NCBI GenBank assembly: GCA_003344405.1
Contig: NOWV01000025.1
Span: 372,001 to 436,000 of the forward strand
Source of the DNA: Trichoplax sp. H2
Taxonomy: Eukaryota
DNA: 64,000 bases
Direction: 5' to 3'
The notes under the pieces are model-generated. The model saw only the letters and a list, made by a program, of their open reading frames with translations. It had not been told where the DNA came from and did no database searches. Made by a program: the position numbers and the translations under genes. Shown piece after piece: positions 12,840 through 27,200 of the stretch (its first letter is position 1; each line of letters starts with the position of its first letter).

Positions 12840-15800
12840 ATGGATCGACTATTCCTACTCTTATTTCTTTGCATTAATCTCTTCAACTTGGCAGGTAAGC
12901 GCAATATTGAATTTCGTCTTGGGATCATTGCGTACTCAGTAGAATCAGTAATAGCAGTTGAAATAGTTTTTTGATAGTGGAAAAACAGACTAATCATGGA
13001 ATTACTCCTACGAAGATGGATCATCATCATTCCAAAAATGTTAACAAGTCATCATTTAAATCTCGATCTTGTCAGTAGACTTCATTAGGTTATTGTTCCA
13101 CCAAGGACCAATTAGTAGAAGACAGGATACAATCATTGCTTTCGTGTTGACTTTCATCCAATGCTGATCGTGATAATTGTGGTAATCCTTGCTTTGACGC
13201 ATCAAGTCGTCAATGCACTATAACGGTAGACATGTTTCTAGCATCTTCTGAAAAAGACGGTCTTAAGAGAAAAAAAAATAGAATAAAACCGATATGAACG
13301 TTGTGTAGAATCTGGTAGAATTTTCGTGCAGTAGACGTATACGCGTAGATAGCGCAAGCGAACTGATAAACTATTATTTAAAGAATGACTGAACACAATC
13401 AGTGTAATAACTAAACCGTCAGCAAATAGTCTTGTTCAATTCAGTAGATTAAAATGAACCGATTAAATCAATAGGCTGGCCATAGTGGCTAAAAAAATCA
13501 GTCAATTTCTTGAAAAGCCAATTCACACTGTCTTGTCGAAGAATATCAATGTTTATGCATGGCGAAATGTTGATATTGTACAGTACGATAGAAATATCCA
13601 GCTATTGTTCATAGAACACAGATGGTCGCCATCCATTACTCTACTCTCTTAATCATACTGGTGATCAACTCTAGTCCTATTTTTGAGCACTTATCTTATT
13701 CTCTTAACCTTATCAACGTAGATATGCAGTTCATTAAATGAATTAGGTCTGTCGAAATAAGAAATGATCATCATTCTTGCTCTAATCAGAAGAGCAAGTA
13801 CATCAATACTTCCAATAGTATTTATACGCGTGTTCTATTGGCTATGGCTATAAGTGTAGCGATCAGTTCTTGAAAAATAATCTAGTTTGGTGTAATTGCT
13901 TGTATACCGTACGCATGATGAAGTGGAAGTTAAGTTAATAAACTCAATTGCATTTCTTCATAATATGCTAATGTAACTGTTACATCCTGTTATGTAATCA
14001 TCATTTTCAATGTCTTCAACGTGCTGCTTGGAAACCAGATAAAATTGCTATTACATCATTCTGCTTCTGGGAACTGCTGTTAGTAAACATTACACCCAGT
14101 ACAGAGGATATTGTACACTGTACAGTAAAGACGCGTATGAGAAAAAATTTATAATTAATTAACCGCTTTTAAGTTTATTTTTTTAAATATACTGTAAATA
14201 ATCAAAATTGTTTGATCAACCTAGCCTGATAGTATCAATCCAGATAGTATTTATTTATACTGTATAATAGTGGAGAGATCCGTCCAAAATCAATTTCCAA
14301 CTGTAGATGCTGTACTACGGCTGATGATGGCAATAAATATCAGTAAAATTACCTTCACAGTCCTTAATAATCCTATTTGCATGTTGAATAAACAAATGTT
14401 ACTATTTGGATATTTCAATCGTTGCAGTGAAAGCACCGTTTTCACGACCCTCTTAATACCATCGTTGACTGGAGGCCAACGTATATTTTGATTGTAATAG
14501 TTATCTGAGACGTGCTCACTCTTAAAGTATAACTTGCCAAAAAATCCGTTCGTAAATACTTGACGATAACTTGAAATAGGATCATAATAGTGCTGCCCAC
14601 TATTGTATTGAACTTTGGTTAGATAGCACTGTCAATGTACGAATAGTTTGCTTTTATCTTATCTGGTTCAAGAAAACGACAAGGTATCATAGCGGGATGG
14701 TCTTTCTATCGATTGCAAAATCAAATTTTGAGTAGCTATAGTTTACTCTGTATCAAACAATACGAGTATAGCAGACAACATTAGTACTTGTACAGCGCTG
14801 CATAAAAATATTCCACTAAAATGATGAAAAATACAATAAAAAACTCCGAAATTATCAACATTCAACTCTGCCACATGTGATAGCGTCGATTGATAATATA
14901 ATTTTAATTCAACTTTACGTAACGAAAATTACTAATATAATAACTGTTGTATTATTTATGACTCGAGTACTAAGCGCAATGATATACTTATTTGGAAATG
15001 GTAATTAACTTATTCTTCCTTACTTTGAAATATACAGATTCTTTTGGCATAGAACTTGACGACAGTTACAGTGCAAGGCGCGGTAAACCGTTTAGCGTCA
15101 AAGTTAAAATTGTAGGAGGTACACCACCTTTTAAATACCTCTGGAAATTTAATGGGACAACAGTTTCGACAAAGGAAACCTTTCGAATCGAAAAGGTAGC
15201 ACTTCAAGATGGTGGTGACTATTATTGTCAAGTTACCGATTCTAAGAACAAAGTTGCCACAACAACTTTCACTCTGAATATAACATGTAAGTTTGCATTT
15301 TCATAGCTTTCCAAGCTAGTATTGATCGTAAACGATTAATTGAAGTTTTTAACAGTGGTGATGGTGATTATATATAGTGATTTGTATTTCATGCTGATAG
15401 AATTTTACTACATGTTGTATCAATTGTTTCTTGCACTATATTAATATACTGTATATAGATTTAGACACCACTGATTCCCAAGAAAAAATCAATGTCATTA
15501 CGGTTAACCGTAGTGGCAATGCATTACTGGATGCTAGTGCCAATTGCTACACTAGTGGAATGATGAGAAACTGGAGTGTTACAGTGAGTCCAGACTGCGT
15601 AAACATCAATTACACCGACCCATTAGTGTCATTAGATACTGGTACTAACATGTACGAATTGCAAAATGGTTCATTCGTAATTGAAAATGTTGAAATTAAA
15701 GATCGCAAAAAATGCTTTATCTGTTCAATATTCTGTGGAAGCATACATGCCGAATTAAGATATCGTTTGAACGTAATATGTAAGTATCGAGATTTTAATA

Positions 15801-18163
15801 TTTGCTGTAACGTAATTTTACGGTATCGTGACACGATCATGCGTATATATACGTGTATATTCAGTAGATCAAAATCTTAAATCCTAGCTATAAATAGAGT
15901 TTTGACCCACTATTTACTTAAGGCTGTGAACTCTATTGTTGACTATACGTTGTACCACTGCTAATTATAGTCAAATAATATAAAATTGTATCGTTATTTT
16001 CTATATTATAGACTTCAACGGATTTTCAGATTTCCCGAAATCACAGATAACAATCAATCAGTCTTCAACTTTAGACTTGAATTGTAGTGCTGATGGAAAT
16101 CCGCCCCCACGTGTAGGTTGGTTTAAATCATCTGTTCAACTTGGTCATGGCTGGAAGTATGGTACAGCATCATATAAAATTGCCAATGCTACTCGAAATG
16201 CAACGGGAGTGTATACATGCAAGATTAAAGCTGGAAACTTTAATCCGGAATTATCGAACAGTACCACTATTGTTGTCCAGTGTAAGATTTACGTTCGCTA
16301 TTTTTCTTCGTCGTTCTTGCGATATTGACGAATTATAGCATATTTATTGATTGTATAGCTGTAATCGAAGTTAATGTAGATCCAGATGAGAAACATTGAA
16401 GCCGTCATGCTTAATTCGCTATAAGATAGACAAAAGAATTACTTAGTAGTTGATGCACTTACTATAAGAACTGCGTATTTTATGTTTAATTTAATCAAGT
16501 AAAAATTATTTCTATTTTAATACAGATATTGATAATAAATTAATCTTTCATCGCACAAAGGCTGACATGCCTCGTCTGGGTTCGAAGTTGCCTTATGAGC
16601 TTAGTTGTACAGCGCAAGGCTATCCAGTTCCTACCTTTAAGTGGTATAAAGATCAGAAGAATTACGATAATGATGTAACCAGTCTGCCCAATCATAATAC
16701 GAGTACAATAACTTGGAAAAGATTTACTGCTGCTAATAATGGTATTTATACATGTCAAGCTACCAATATCGTAAAGTCGGTTTCGAGCAGCAAAGCTGTC
16801 TTTCTTTATGGTATGCTTAGTTTTAAAGCTATTACATTTATACGTAAATTATTCGAAAATGAGACTACCACCTATTACAGTTTTGCTTTGTTCCAACGTA
16901 ACCAATTTCGATTACCAGCTCAAAATCAATGGCTTGAACTAGTAAAAATTGGATCTAATTTATGTTAAATTTTTTTTAATTTTAAAATTCATAGAACCTG
17001 CTAAGATCACTGTTGCCCCTTTTAACAATCACCATCCTATACAAGAAGTGGAATTTGGGAAATATATCAACATAACTTGTTCAGCTACTGGTTTTCCAAC
17101 TGCTGAAGTAAAATTAGAAATACAGGACAAAAATATGCATACTAGCGAATCCAATACGAAGGAGGGAAAATCATCAGCTTCCCTATATCACTTATTTGAA
17201 ATGAGTGACAACAATTCAAATGTTATTTGCACGGCTAGTATCACTTTTCGAGGGCATGCCTATTTCACTGTGCGGAGCTCTCATCTTATAATAGTACGTA
17301 GTATGAAAGGATCACCTGTGGGTAAGAATATTACTATGCATTTGTATAGATGCAAATTGAATTTATAGAAAGTAGTAGTGTTAAATCACTTACAATAGTG
17401 CAACGTGTAAGCTGAATTGTTGATATTTCATTTTACACTCGGCATTTCATTGTTATGCTATACAGTTATCGCTACAAATAGTAATAGAAATATATTATGT
17501 ATCCTTGTAATAAATTTAATTTGATAACTAAGATGTTGGTTTACTTTTCGTTAATTTAGCCACCGGATTGGGCATATTTTTTGGAGCTTTGTTAACAATT
17601 TTGTTGATCTATTTGATCTACAAGCGCAAATATAGAGTAATTAAATCATACTTTAAAAGAACTGGTAAGATTATTTGATATACGACATTCCATTAGTGTA
17701 CAGAGAGTTTTCTACCATAGCATTTTATTGAATATGGCTATCAATCGATTGAGTGAGTTTTATAATCCTTAAATAATGGCTTATTTCAATAGATTATTCC
17801 AAAATGGACAGTACCTATGCTTCCAATGGTATTAATGGCTGTCACTCTGGTGATTCTCGTACTTATAAAAATAAAATTCCTTGGCATAAGCGCATGAAAG
17901 TTAGCGTTAATAAACTTCGTAACTTGGATATTGAGGATGATGATTGGGATATTCAGTGTCACGATGGAGATCAGGATCATTCAAGAGAAGTTAGTAATAG
18001 CGTATATCTAAATTGTTTTAGTGATAGTAAGTGATTTTACTTGTCATTTTTTTAGAACTATTCTTACCTAAATATTATTGCATTCTTTTAATAGGGCGAA
18101 AGTGGAGGGCTAATTTCTAAATCTAATCGAACAGCGGGCAATACTTTTTCCACGGACATTTAG
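12840..18163 (+). CDS. Immunoglobulin-superfamily type I membrane protein, 5 Ig-like domains (9 coding exons, ~625 aa)
   Basis: Exons: 12840-12894 (signal peptide MDRLFLLLFLCINLFNLA); 15038-15286, 15459-15779, 16012-16281, 16526-16810, 16995-17321 (one phase-1/1 Ig exon each, with motifs LNCSADGNPPPRVGWFK...GVYTC, LSCTAQGYPVPTFKWYK...GIYTCQATN, ITCSATGFP); 17560-17664 (TM GLGIFFGALLTILLIYLIY then KRK); 17793-17989; 18095-18163 (ends FSTDI-TAG). Confidence 0.88.
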
Positions 18164-19285
18164 TTTGAAGAAAGAACTATTCGTTGTAAATTTTTACTAT
18201 TAAGATATTAATAGATCATTAAATATTGGTTGAATAATTAGATATATAATGAGACTTCTAACAGCTAAAATTGCCTTATGTTTGGTATATTTGTAGTTGT
18301 ACATTGCCAATTTTATAAGATACTTTCTCGTTTTTGATGTTAAAAGTTCATTAAGCTCAACGTAGAAATTTTGTATCGATATAGAGGATTAAACAAAATG
18401 ATAACTTAGACGAGGCCACTTGCAGAGTGTCCATCTTTACTCTTAACTTATCGTAACAATTGTATATTGTCAAGCTTAATACTGCCAATCTGCTAGCGGT
18501 ATTAGTTGAAATCGGTTACATTATTTTGTGTATAGGTACTACAGCTATCTAAAAGTAATGCATTTCAGCCACCACCACATAAGTATGTTATACAAAATGT
18601 AATGCAATTTGTTAAAGGTAGCAGCCGTTATGATTATTTTTTCTGTACTTGAGGTTAAATAAGCTTTTAGCAGTAAACTTCTTGCAGTATAAATATTATT
18701 AAGTTACGCCGAAACAGATTAAGAAGCCTTGTAACTAATATTTACTTAATACAAGATTGCGGTGCTATGACTTGAAATAAGTTTAAATAAATCTGGAGAT
18801 ATTAAATTTTATGTCTTCCTCTATGAATTACAATCTGTAGGGAGTAGGGAGGAATAAGTAATACTCTGGCAAGATAACTATATTCTAGTGAGTAGGTGCG
18901 TTGTATAGTAACTATTTGAGTATATACTAGTGCAAATTTATTTTTTTCTACTTTACTCTATCATACTACTGCACTACTATATTATCTAGTGCAAAATAGC
19001 ATATGATAGTATAGTAGTAGGCGTAGTATACTATATATCATACTATACTTCAGCGAAGAAAAAAATCTATATAGCTTATACTTTTAATTATAAGGGCCGT
19101 AAGCCTAGCAGTGACTCAGTCCAGTAGAGCATAGTCATCTAGGCAGTTCATCACTGGACATTGACGTAGGTATGCTCATAGTAGAGTACAGACACATTAT
19201 CCAGCAAGCATTAAATTTACGTAAATTTAACATTTACAGTAATGCGAATAAACTGCACACTGTTTGCGTATCTGCAAAATCCGTG

Positions 19286-19727
19286 TGTCACAAACCAGCT
19301 TCGTGACAAGGATAACGTAAAACAAATCTCTAAATTACTATAGTCTCCGGGATTCAGTATCCCTTAGCTACCTCACAAGAATTTAGACGCCTTTGATTCT
19401 ACGTTAAACTCAACTAGACAATTGAGAACTATTTTATTCAACTATCTGACGGGTTTATATACCCTTCTACAGCAGCTAACAATCATGAGTCATCTTATAA
19501 AAATACTTGGGTGAGAACATCTACTAACTAATTTTTCACAGTCGGACTACAATATGTCCATTCACAGAATCATTTCAGTGCACATTACACCACAGCATTA
19601 AATTTACTGTAACACATTTACAATTAGAGCAATTTCTATTGTAAGTAACTAGTTGTAATATATTATCACTATATTATATTAACCAAATTTAGATAGCTAT
19701 TTCTTCACGGTAGTTCGTACCGTGACA
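19286..19727. mobile_element. 442-bp solo-LTR-like element, TGTCAC...GTGACA termini, perfect 5-bp TSD CCGTG
   Basis: CCGTG at 19281-19285 and 19728-19732 flanks TGTCACAAACC...TACCGTGACA. About 360 bp recur at high identity at 35687-36044, and both ends recur inverted at 49140-49418. Confidence 0.8.
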
Positions 19728-21258
19728 CCGTGGATAAATCTTCGTATGGTGTACGCATATATCAGATATCTTTATAATGCGATATCACGTTGTAACAGAG
19801 ATTTAACTATTTAGAAGACCAAAATCAGTTGAGTAGTAATGTATTTTATAAGTTAATTAAAGAACTATTATGTGCGGCACTTTTAATTGGCTTAATATCC
19901 AAATTTTCCGAAATTCAGCGGTAACAAAAATGCAAATGTTCGCCGTTTTACTTGAATGGAAATTTTAACATCGTATCATACTACCTGATAAGCTACTTTA
20001 AAATTTATCGTATTTTCGACATTAAGGTGAAAATTAAATAAAATCTTATCATTAATAAAGTAACTACTTAATTAAACTGGATTTGTTAATTTTTAGAAAA
20101 CCACCGAAGTTCTATTCAGCTTTTGGAGAATTGTTTCGTTTCTAAGCGAGCCAGCTATTGCATAGGTTTATTCATCAAGTTGGTCACAGTATCCACAGGA
20201 TTATGGTTCTAAATAAAATACAAGTGCATAGCAGACCAGTTAAAGTTCGACTCCATGATGTTGATTAAAGTTTGAAATACTTGGGTGTATGGGAAGTTAA
20301 AGCAAATTCCGTGGACTTTACAAGCTGATCGAAAAAGATCCATAATGTAACTCGTCGCTAATTGGTAACTTTAGAAATTTTTTCTAAAGGCTAGCCCGAG
20401 TACTAAATATCGACATTGCACCACAGTAGTCTATTGTGATTTATCAAGTAAAACATAGCTGATATAAATGATTGTATGTATTTTTCCGTTTAAATATCTA
20501 GTCTTCAGTGTAAGGTCGACTTTTATTACTGCACTTCTCTCATTGGCTGTACTCATTCTTTTTCTACGTACAGTACCGAGCCATAACATAATGGTTTTTA
20601 GCTACAGTGATTGAAAGATTTTTAAATTACTTTGATAGACTTTATGTATTCTTACACTTAACTATCAATTGAAGAGGTAAATGATTTATATCTGCTAGTA
20701 TAACTAATGGTTAGATTAAAATACTAAAAAATATTTCAATTGTATTAACGAGCGATTTATCGCATTAAAGAATATTGCTAGAATGATGTTTAGCTATTGC
20801 TTAGGTCAAGGCAAAGTTCTATATGTGCATCTTGTAATATAATATAACGGAAAGTGGATACAAATCGTGAAATTGATATTTGGCAATTACCGTACATGAG
20901 AATGTGTAACGTTACCGAAATTAATTAACTTAAATAGTTATTGACGTTAGTATAGGTGATTCTAAATTAGTTAAGATATCTAGATAATTATAATAACGTT
21001 ATCGACAAAAGGTATATGAAAAATATATTCAGTTATTATTTATGCTTTATATAGGAAAGTAGATCATAATACGCGGCACATTAGTGTCAGCAGTAGCTGC
21101 TAATGTACTAGTTAGGAAGTTTTAATTGCTGGTAAGGTATTAGAATACATTTTAAATAAGTTGTATACGAAGTAAGGTCTTTCTGTAATTGTTCGCTCTT
21201 ATCCTCGGAATTATTAAATTGAAAATTTAAATGGTATGGTAAAAATTTCTTCGGATAT

Positions 21259-24200
21259 TTAGATAATTGAGCTAGCAAATTTCATGGTTTCATTTACCTT
21301 CAAGATCCTCGTCATATGAATATCTTCATCTTTAACATAAAAAATATAAATTACTTTTAATGCAGAGAGATGAGAAACTTTTTTCTATGATCACTATTTA
21401 GCTTAAATTAACCTTAAGCATATAGAGACAATAAGTAAGTGCATGTACTGATGACATTGCTAAAAATTCTATTAGTACTCCGCTGCTTCATTTATTGTAA
21501 CCATATGTTAGTATTGTTAATTAACTGTTCGCATATTTGATTTTAATATTTATAGTTCTCGTAACGGATATTAAATAGAATTTATATCAATCCCAGTAGG
21601 TGATCATATAGTTTCTTAAAAGAGTTTGCTATTAAATCTTTGAATTTTATGAGGATGCGAAATAATATAAGTTCTAATCATACCATGATATAATATAGCC
21701 GCCTTAACTTTTGATTCTTGACTCTTTGGAATATCAAACTTATTTTTATTTAATCTTTGGGCATTCTACAAGTAAATAACTTATATTAGATATATTTCGA
21801 TGGAAATAGTTGAAATTTAGATCCAAATTTTGCACTGTTTCATCTCCTCGTGAAAAATACATACTAAGTACACATTTCCCTACCTCCATGGCATGCGGAT
21901 AAGAACTGCCAGAAGAACTGTTGGCTTCCGAACTGTGTATCGTAGTGGAAGTACGCAGACCGACTTTTCTTGTTAGGGCTAGTCTAACCTGTAAATATAT
22001 TTCACAATCAGCTTTTCTTGTCCTTCTATGCCTTAAATTTACATGATAACATCACAGACATACAGTAAGTGTTATAAGAGATTGATATAATCGCTTTGTT
22101 GTACCTCAGAATTTAATATGCAGTGAAATATGAAGAACAGGAAACCCTAAGACATGAAAGTAAAACTTTGCTCAACATTCAGCTTTTAGCAGATTAATTA
22201 TGTTTAAAGCAAGGAATGTTTTCTAATTTTACCTGTAGTCCATTGAAGATTACGAATAGATAACTGAGGACTACAGAATGATCATCTACTGAAATGATTC
22301 CGAATAGCCATGTGATTCCAAGAATAGGCAGCAAAATAAACGTGGCTTTCGATGCAACTCTACGTACCGGTATCAGCGGTAATAAGGGTTAGTCTAGTTG
22401 ATTGTGCGTTTGAACAATTCATGCATGCAAACTTAAAGCTTCTACTTATTAAAACTTAAGTTTAATGAATTCTATACTTTTCACGAAAATTCTAAAATCT
22501 ATAAGGAATTGTATTAAAAAGGGCTTATAGTAAATTAATTTTGCTAATAGTAATAATAAAATATGTTTTCATCCTCAGTAGAAAGATCTGAAATGTTTTT
22601 TCTAGAAATAAATTAATTATCATATATTGCAAGAAACACTAATAAAGTACCGTATACCGTATCAAAATCATTAGACTTCGAGATCAAGTAGTACCTACCG
22701 AACACGTCGTAACTCATTTCTTCTTTTCTGAGTTAATTGAAATTTTGATTTGTTGTATGTTATACGCACCACGGATATCAAGACTATAATATTGATCTGC
22801 GAAAAACATAGCAAGTAAAGTTGACTTTTTAAGTCGTTTTCCGGTGAAAGTAGGCTATAGACTTTTAATTTATCTTTATGTAGAGTAGCTGTATGCAATC
22901 TGGATTTTACTATGCAGTATGCATATATAATACTTAATTAAAATGAAATAATACAAAAATTTCATAATGTAGAGGATTAAAACTTACCGATATAACAAAT
23001 AGAACAGGACCGACAAATGTCCAGATCAAACCATCATATACAGATAGCCAACAACTAGGTGAATATGTAACTGCCAAGTTAGAAACTGATTTATGCAAAT
23101 TTACTTAATGATCCCTTAATCTTTTATATCATTTGATTATATTTAGCATATCGACTTACATTTTATTTTTTCCGTAACTTGAAAATCTCATACCTGCAGC
23201 GGTAATTGTGATAACGGCTGGTGTACCTGAAGATCATTGTATAGGAAAATAGGATACATTTTAGGTAAAATGAACTACTCCAACTTTACAGAGGCATACG
23301 AATATATTATCTATCGTTATAAGAATGCTTTCTCACCCCAGCCGAATATATAATACAGTTTTAGTTTGGAAGAAGTATTAAAAACCGAAATAATTTGCAA
23401 ATATAGATGAAAGCCTTCCATTAGCATCCATGAAAACATGGAGAGTAGGAAAAAGTGCAATACAATGGCTATAACTCTGCACAGTTCCTATAATTAGGTT
23501 AAGTTAGAAAGCACGAGTTCAAAATTTTATACAGATGAAAAGCCATTATTTAGGAAGCAATAGGTTATAGCTCATAAATAGATCTATAAATCACTTGAAA
23601 GAAAATGATATAAAAAATTGCTACTATTCTCGTATCTAATCTACGTCATCGTGTAAAAGAAATTCAATTGATAGCGCTTACTTGAGTATTTTTAACGGGC
23701 TCAAAGTCGGTAAAAATAATGCCAATTTGAGATATTAGCATGGCAAATGCTAAATTGATATGAATCTGGTAACAGTCAACTTTGATTCTACAAGATATGA
23801 TAATGTCGAAAATTTTATATTTCTTACATGAAGCAAATATTTATGAATGCCGCTGAATTAATTGTGATAGAAACGATATTCCAATAAATTACAGTCCTTC
23901 TACGCTTTTGAGTAAATATTTATGTACATCTTATTAAAATATAAGGCTTGATTAAAGTTTATTCTAATTAGAACAATGGATACTACTGTAAATGTGTCAC
24001 TAAATGAAATTGTAGATTAAGGTTGTGAAATTATATCCTATAATCTAGAAGTAGGATATTATCGGTCTATCCCAAATTATGAGAAAGTGTTACGCTAAGG
24101 ATGCAACATAAATCTTAGATATAAGGTTATTTACTCTCTGGTAGAGAAGAGAATTTTATTTCTAAGCAAATGTGATTAAAAGTATAGATAGGGATTGCAA

Positions 24201-27200
24201 TACCTTATGAGCAGGTAGATCAGAATGGATAAGAATAGACATATAACCGAAATACCACAGCAAGCGTGTGTTAGCCATTGCAAGGCAAATAAATGTTTTT
24301 CTGTAATCTGAAAAAAAAGAAATTGTCGTTAAATTTATATCACTTAATTATTTTATAATTTCACCATAGATTTAGATCAGGGTTGATGGTTTGATTATAG
24401 GTACAATTACAATTATTCATGTTACTGCTGCATATTTAACTAACGTTAGCTGGAACAACGTTCATTAATATTGTAAAATGGGTTAAATGACTGCATTGAC
24501 AGCGTGTGTGGGTTTTATTCCAAGTGATTACTTTGCACCCTTCACTAGACCACTGGCCAGATTCAATGTCTGAGGATCTAAAAAATTGGTGGCAACATTT
24601 TCACTTAAAGCATAGTTAATGCTAGTTATTGTATTTTATTTTGTTTGCTTATTGTGCTTATAATTAGAGTGCCGCAGCAAGAAGTAAAGTTTTATCATTT
24701 TTAGATTGAGCTAAAAATAATTGCAATGAAATGATTATATTATAACGCAATATATTGAGAGTGAGAGTAATGACAATATATTTTATGATTTATCAACTCT
24801 ATATGGCTATACATACAATATCACTTTAAAGTAAACTAATGGTATGAGGATATCAAATAAAATTTTCCGTTGTAATATTCTATTACTGAACTATACTCTA
24901 TCTCTTTATCTAATGCAAACATTTATAGCCAGTGAATCGGTATTACTTTATTTCCTTCAGATATTAGAGCCAACTAAATTAATTAAACATGATTTTCTAA
25001 AGATGTAAGATTAAAATCAGACCTCTTTGATGCTGTGAAATTCCAGAAGACGCAACTTGGTCGATAGCTATCGTTAAAATCCGCCTAGAAAAATTTGAAA
25101 TGATGCAGATTCTTTTAAAATTAAATTGCCTTCGGCAATAAGAGAAAATTGAATTAAATATGATTCACAATTAGCATAAGTACTTTGTTATAGCTCATTC
25201 CTCACAATTTGCACTGATTAATATATCAATCAGATTAGATATACTTCACTTACATTATCGTGCGATATAATAAACAAAAATGGATTTGAGATGCTCAACT
25301 GTGGAGGAGGCTGCATTGTACAGCCTAAGATCGGCGAATTTATATAATTTTGACAATCCTTTTGTGTTGTTCTAGTTTGGTAACGAATAGTAAATATTTT
25401 ATTGGATAAATTAACTGGTGTTTCATGGTTCAGAATTGATATTAAATAATATTTCAATATTAAAATTATGCTCAAATTAGATATGTTTTACTTGTTAACT
25501 TCCGGCGAGAAAGCTTTGCTATTCATTAACAATTGCAGGGAATTGTATGTAGTAATTGTCATTACTACGTTATCGGCTGTAATAGTGAAATAAATGGAAT
25601 TGGCCAAGTATAATTGGAACGGGTGAGAACTTGTATCAAAGTTAGCTTGCAGAAAAGGCTGTAAGTGAATTAAGTTATTTCAATCTATACATATGCCTAA
25701 ACCCTTACCACTTTCGTTGGCTAATGCGGAAGATGGCATCATTATCTCATAATTACTAGCAGTAGATGAATAGTTACCGATATTGGATGTTCTGGTAAAT
25801 CCAACTGATCGAAATTGGATTGGAGAATATTTTTGAATACTAATAGCTATTGCAAACCGATAAAATCACAAAACCTCACGGTTAGAAATAGTAAGAAATT
25901 GTCGCATGCAATCAGTTTAATTAACAAATAAAGAAAATTCTACAAAAATTTGAGCTAAGTTTGATCAATATCTTTATAAGCTTGAAATTTCTGTGCGGAT
26001 AAATAAATAATTATTCAAATGAAAAGCTATCACTATCTGTACAATTACTTACATAAATCCGGAGATTCATATTCAAAAGAGCCATTTACAGGCAAAACTT
26101 TACCAACGTTCTCAGAAATGACGTCGGTTAATTTCAAAACACTAGACGCCATTGCAGATTGCTAATAATTTTTAATATATTTATCAATTGAAGGCAATAT
26201 AACAGGGGTTACTTTAATATTACTGAATGCTAGCATATATGGAAAGATGTATGGCATGCTAGTTCAATAACCTTGGAAGCTTCTTTCCAGGCATTCTGAT
26301 GATTTACTGATACTACAGAGCTAACAGAATGGAGCATTGCCTTCATGAAGTAAAATTGAAAATTATCTTAGTATCGAAGTTTTCAATTGTTTAATGGTCC
26401 TGCTTATCTGCCATAAATCAAAAAGTAAAATGGAGTTCAAGAGAAGACCATGAACAACCTTAAAATACGCAGGCCTGCTATCGGATGGTATAGAGGCAAT
26501 ATATGTTTCTTGGCTCAATTTCGTTAAAACAAAGCTTGTTAGTATAATATCTCCCGACTTTTTTGTTGCATTATGGTCCAGAGCTTCTTGTAATCGATGA
26601 AGCATAAGGGTTGCTTTACCGCCTGTGGTCTGTGCTTCCTTGTTTAGCAGCTAAAAATACGGTTTCATTAAGGAGTCCAATTTACTATGAGCAGCTTTAC
26701 AGCTTGTTTAAATAATACAGCAATAGATATCAATATAAAACTGAACCTCATTATAAATAAATTGGAAAGACGTGGACAAATTTCCTTGATCGAGGTTTAG
26801 TGTCGCTGAATAGTTAGCTGTGGTATTTACTTGCCATAAAGGATTTGAAGTAGGGCTGAAATGTGTCGTTAAAGTACTACCTAATAAAGATGCTGATTAT
26901 AGTAAAAATTTTCTAGATTTTAGATATCGAGAATAAAATATCAATTCGAACTTGTAGTCAAATGTAAAATAGGAAATCGCTAAAGTTATGGTATTTTATT
27001 CTTATTTTATTCTTATAACTACACAAGTATGGTACTACAGACTAATTATTAAATTTCAAAACCTTTAATTCCAAGATCTACATTACTTAGGAACATAGGT
27101 GCTGTAGTTGAATTAAGATTATGGAACTGAATTTATTCTTACAACTTGATTGCTCCAAATCTGTAGTTACACTTGGTGTAGTTGTTGAGCTTGAACTAGA

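Noticed and set aside
18920..19060. TAGTA/TACTA-rich imperfect inverted repeats
   Set aside because: Low complexity, with no defined ends, TSD or second copy.
20155..20385. Possible extra terminal exons of GPCR A (NHNPVDTVTNLMNKPMQ* or KKFLKLPISDELHYGSFSISL*) using a donor at 21298
   Set aside because: Cannot be distinguished from simple read-through to the stop at 21259 without transcripts.
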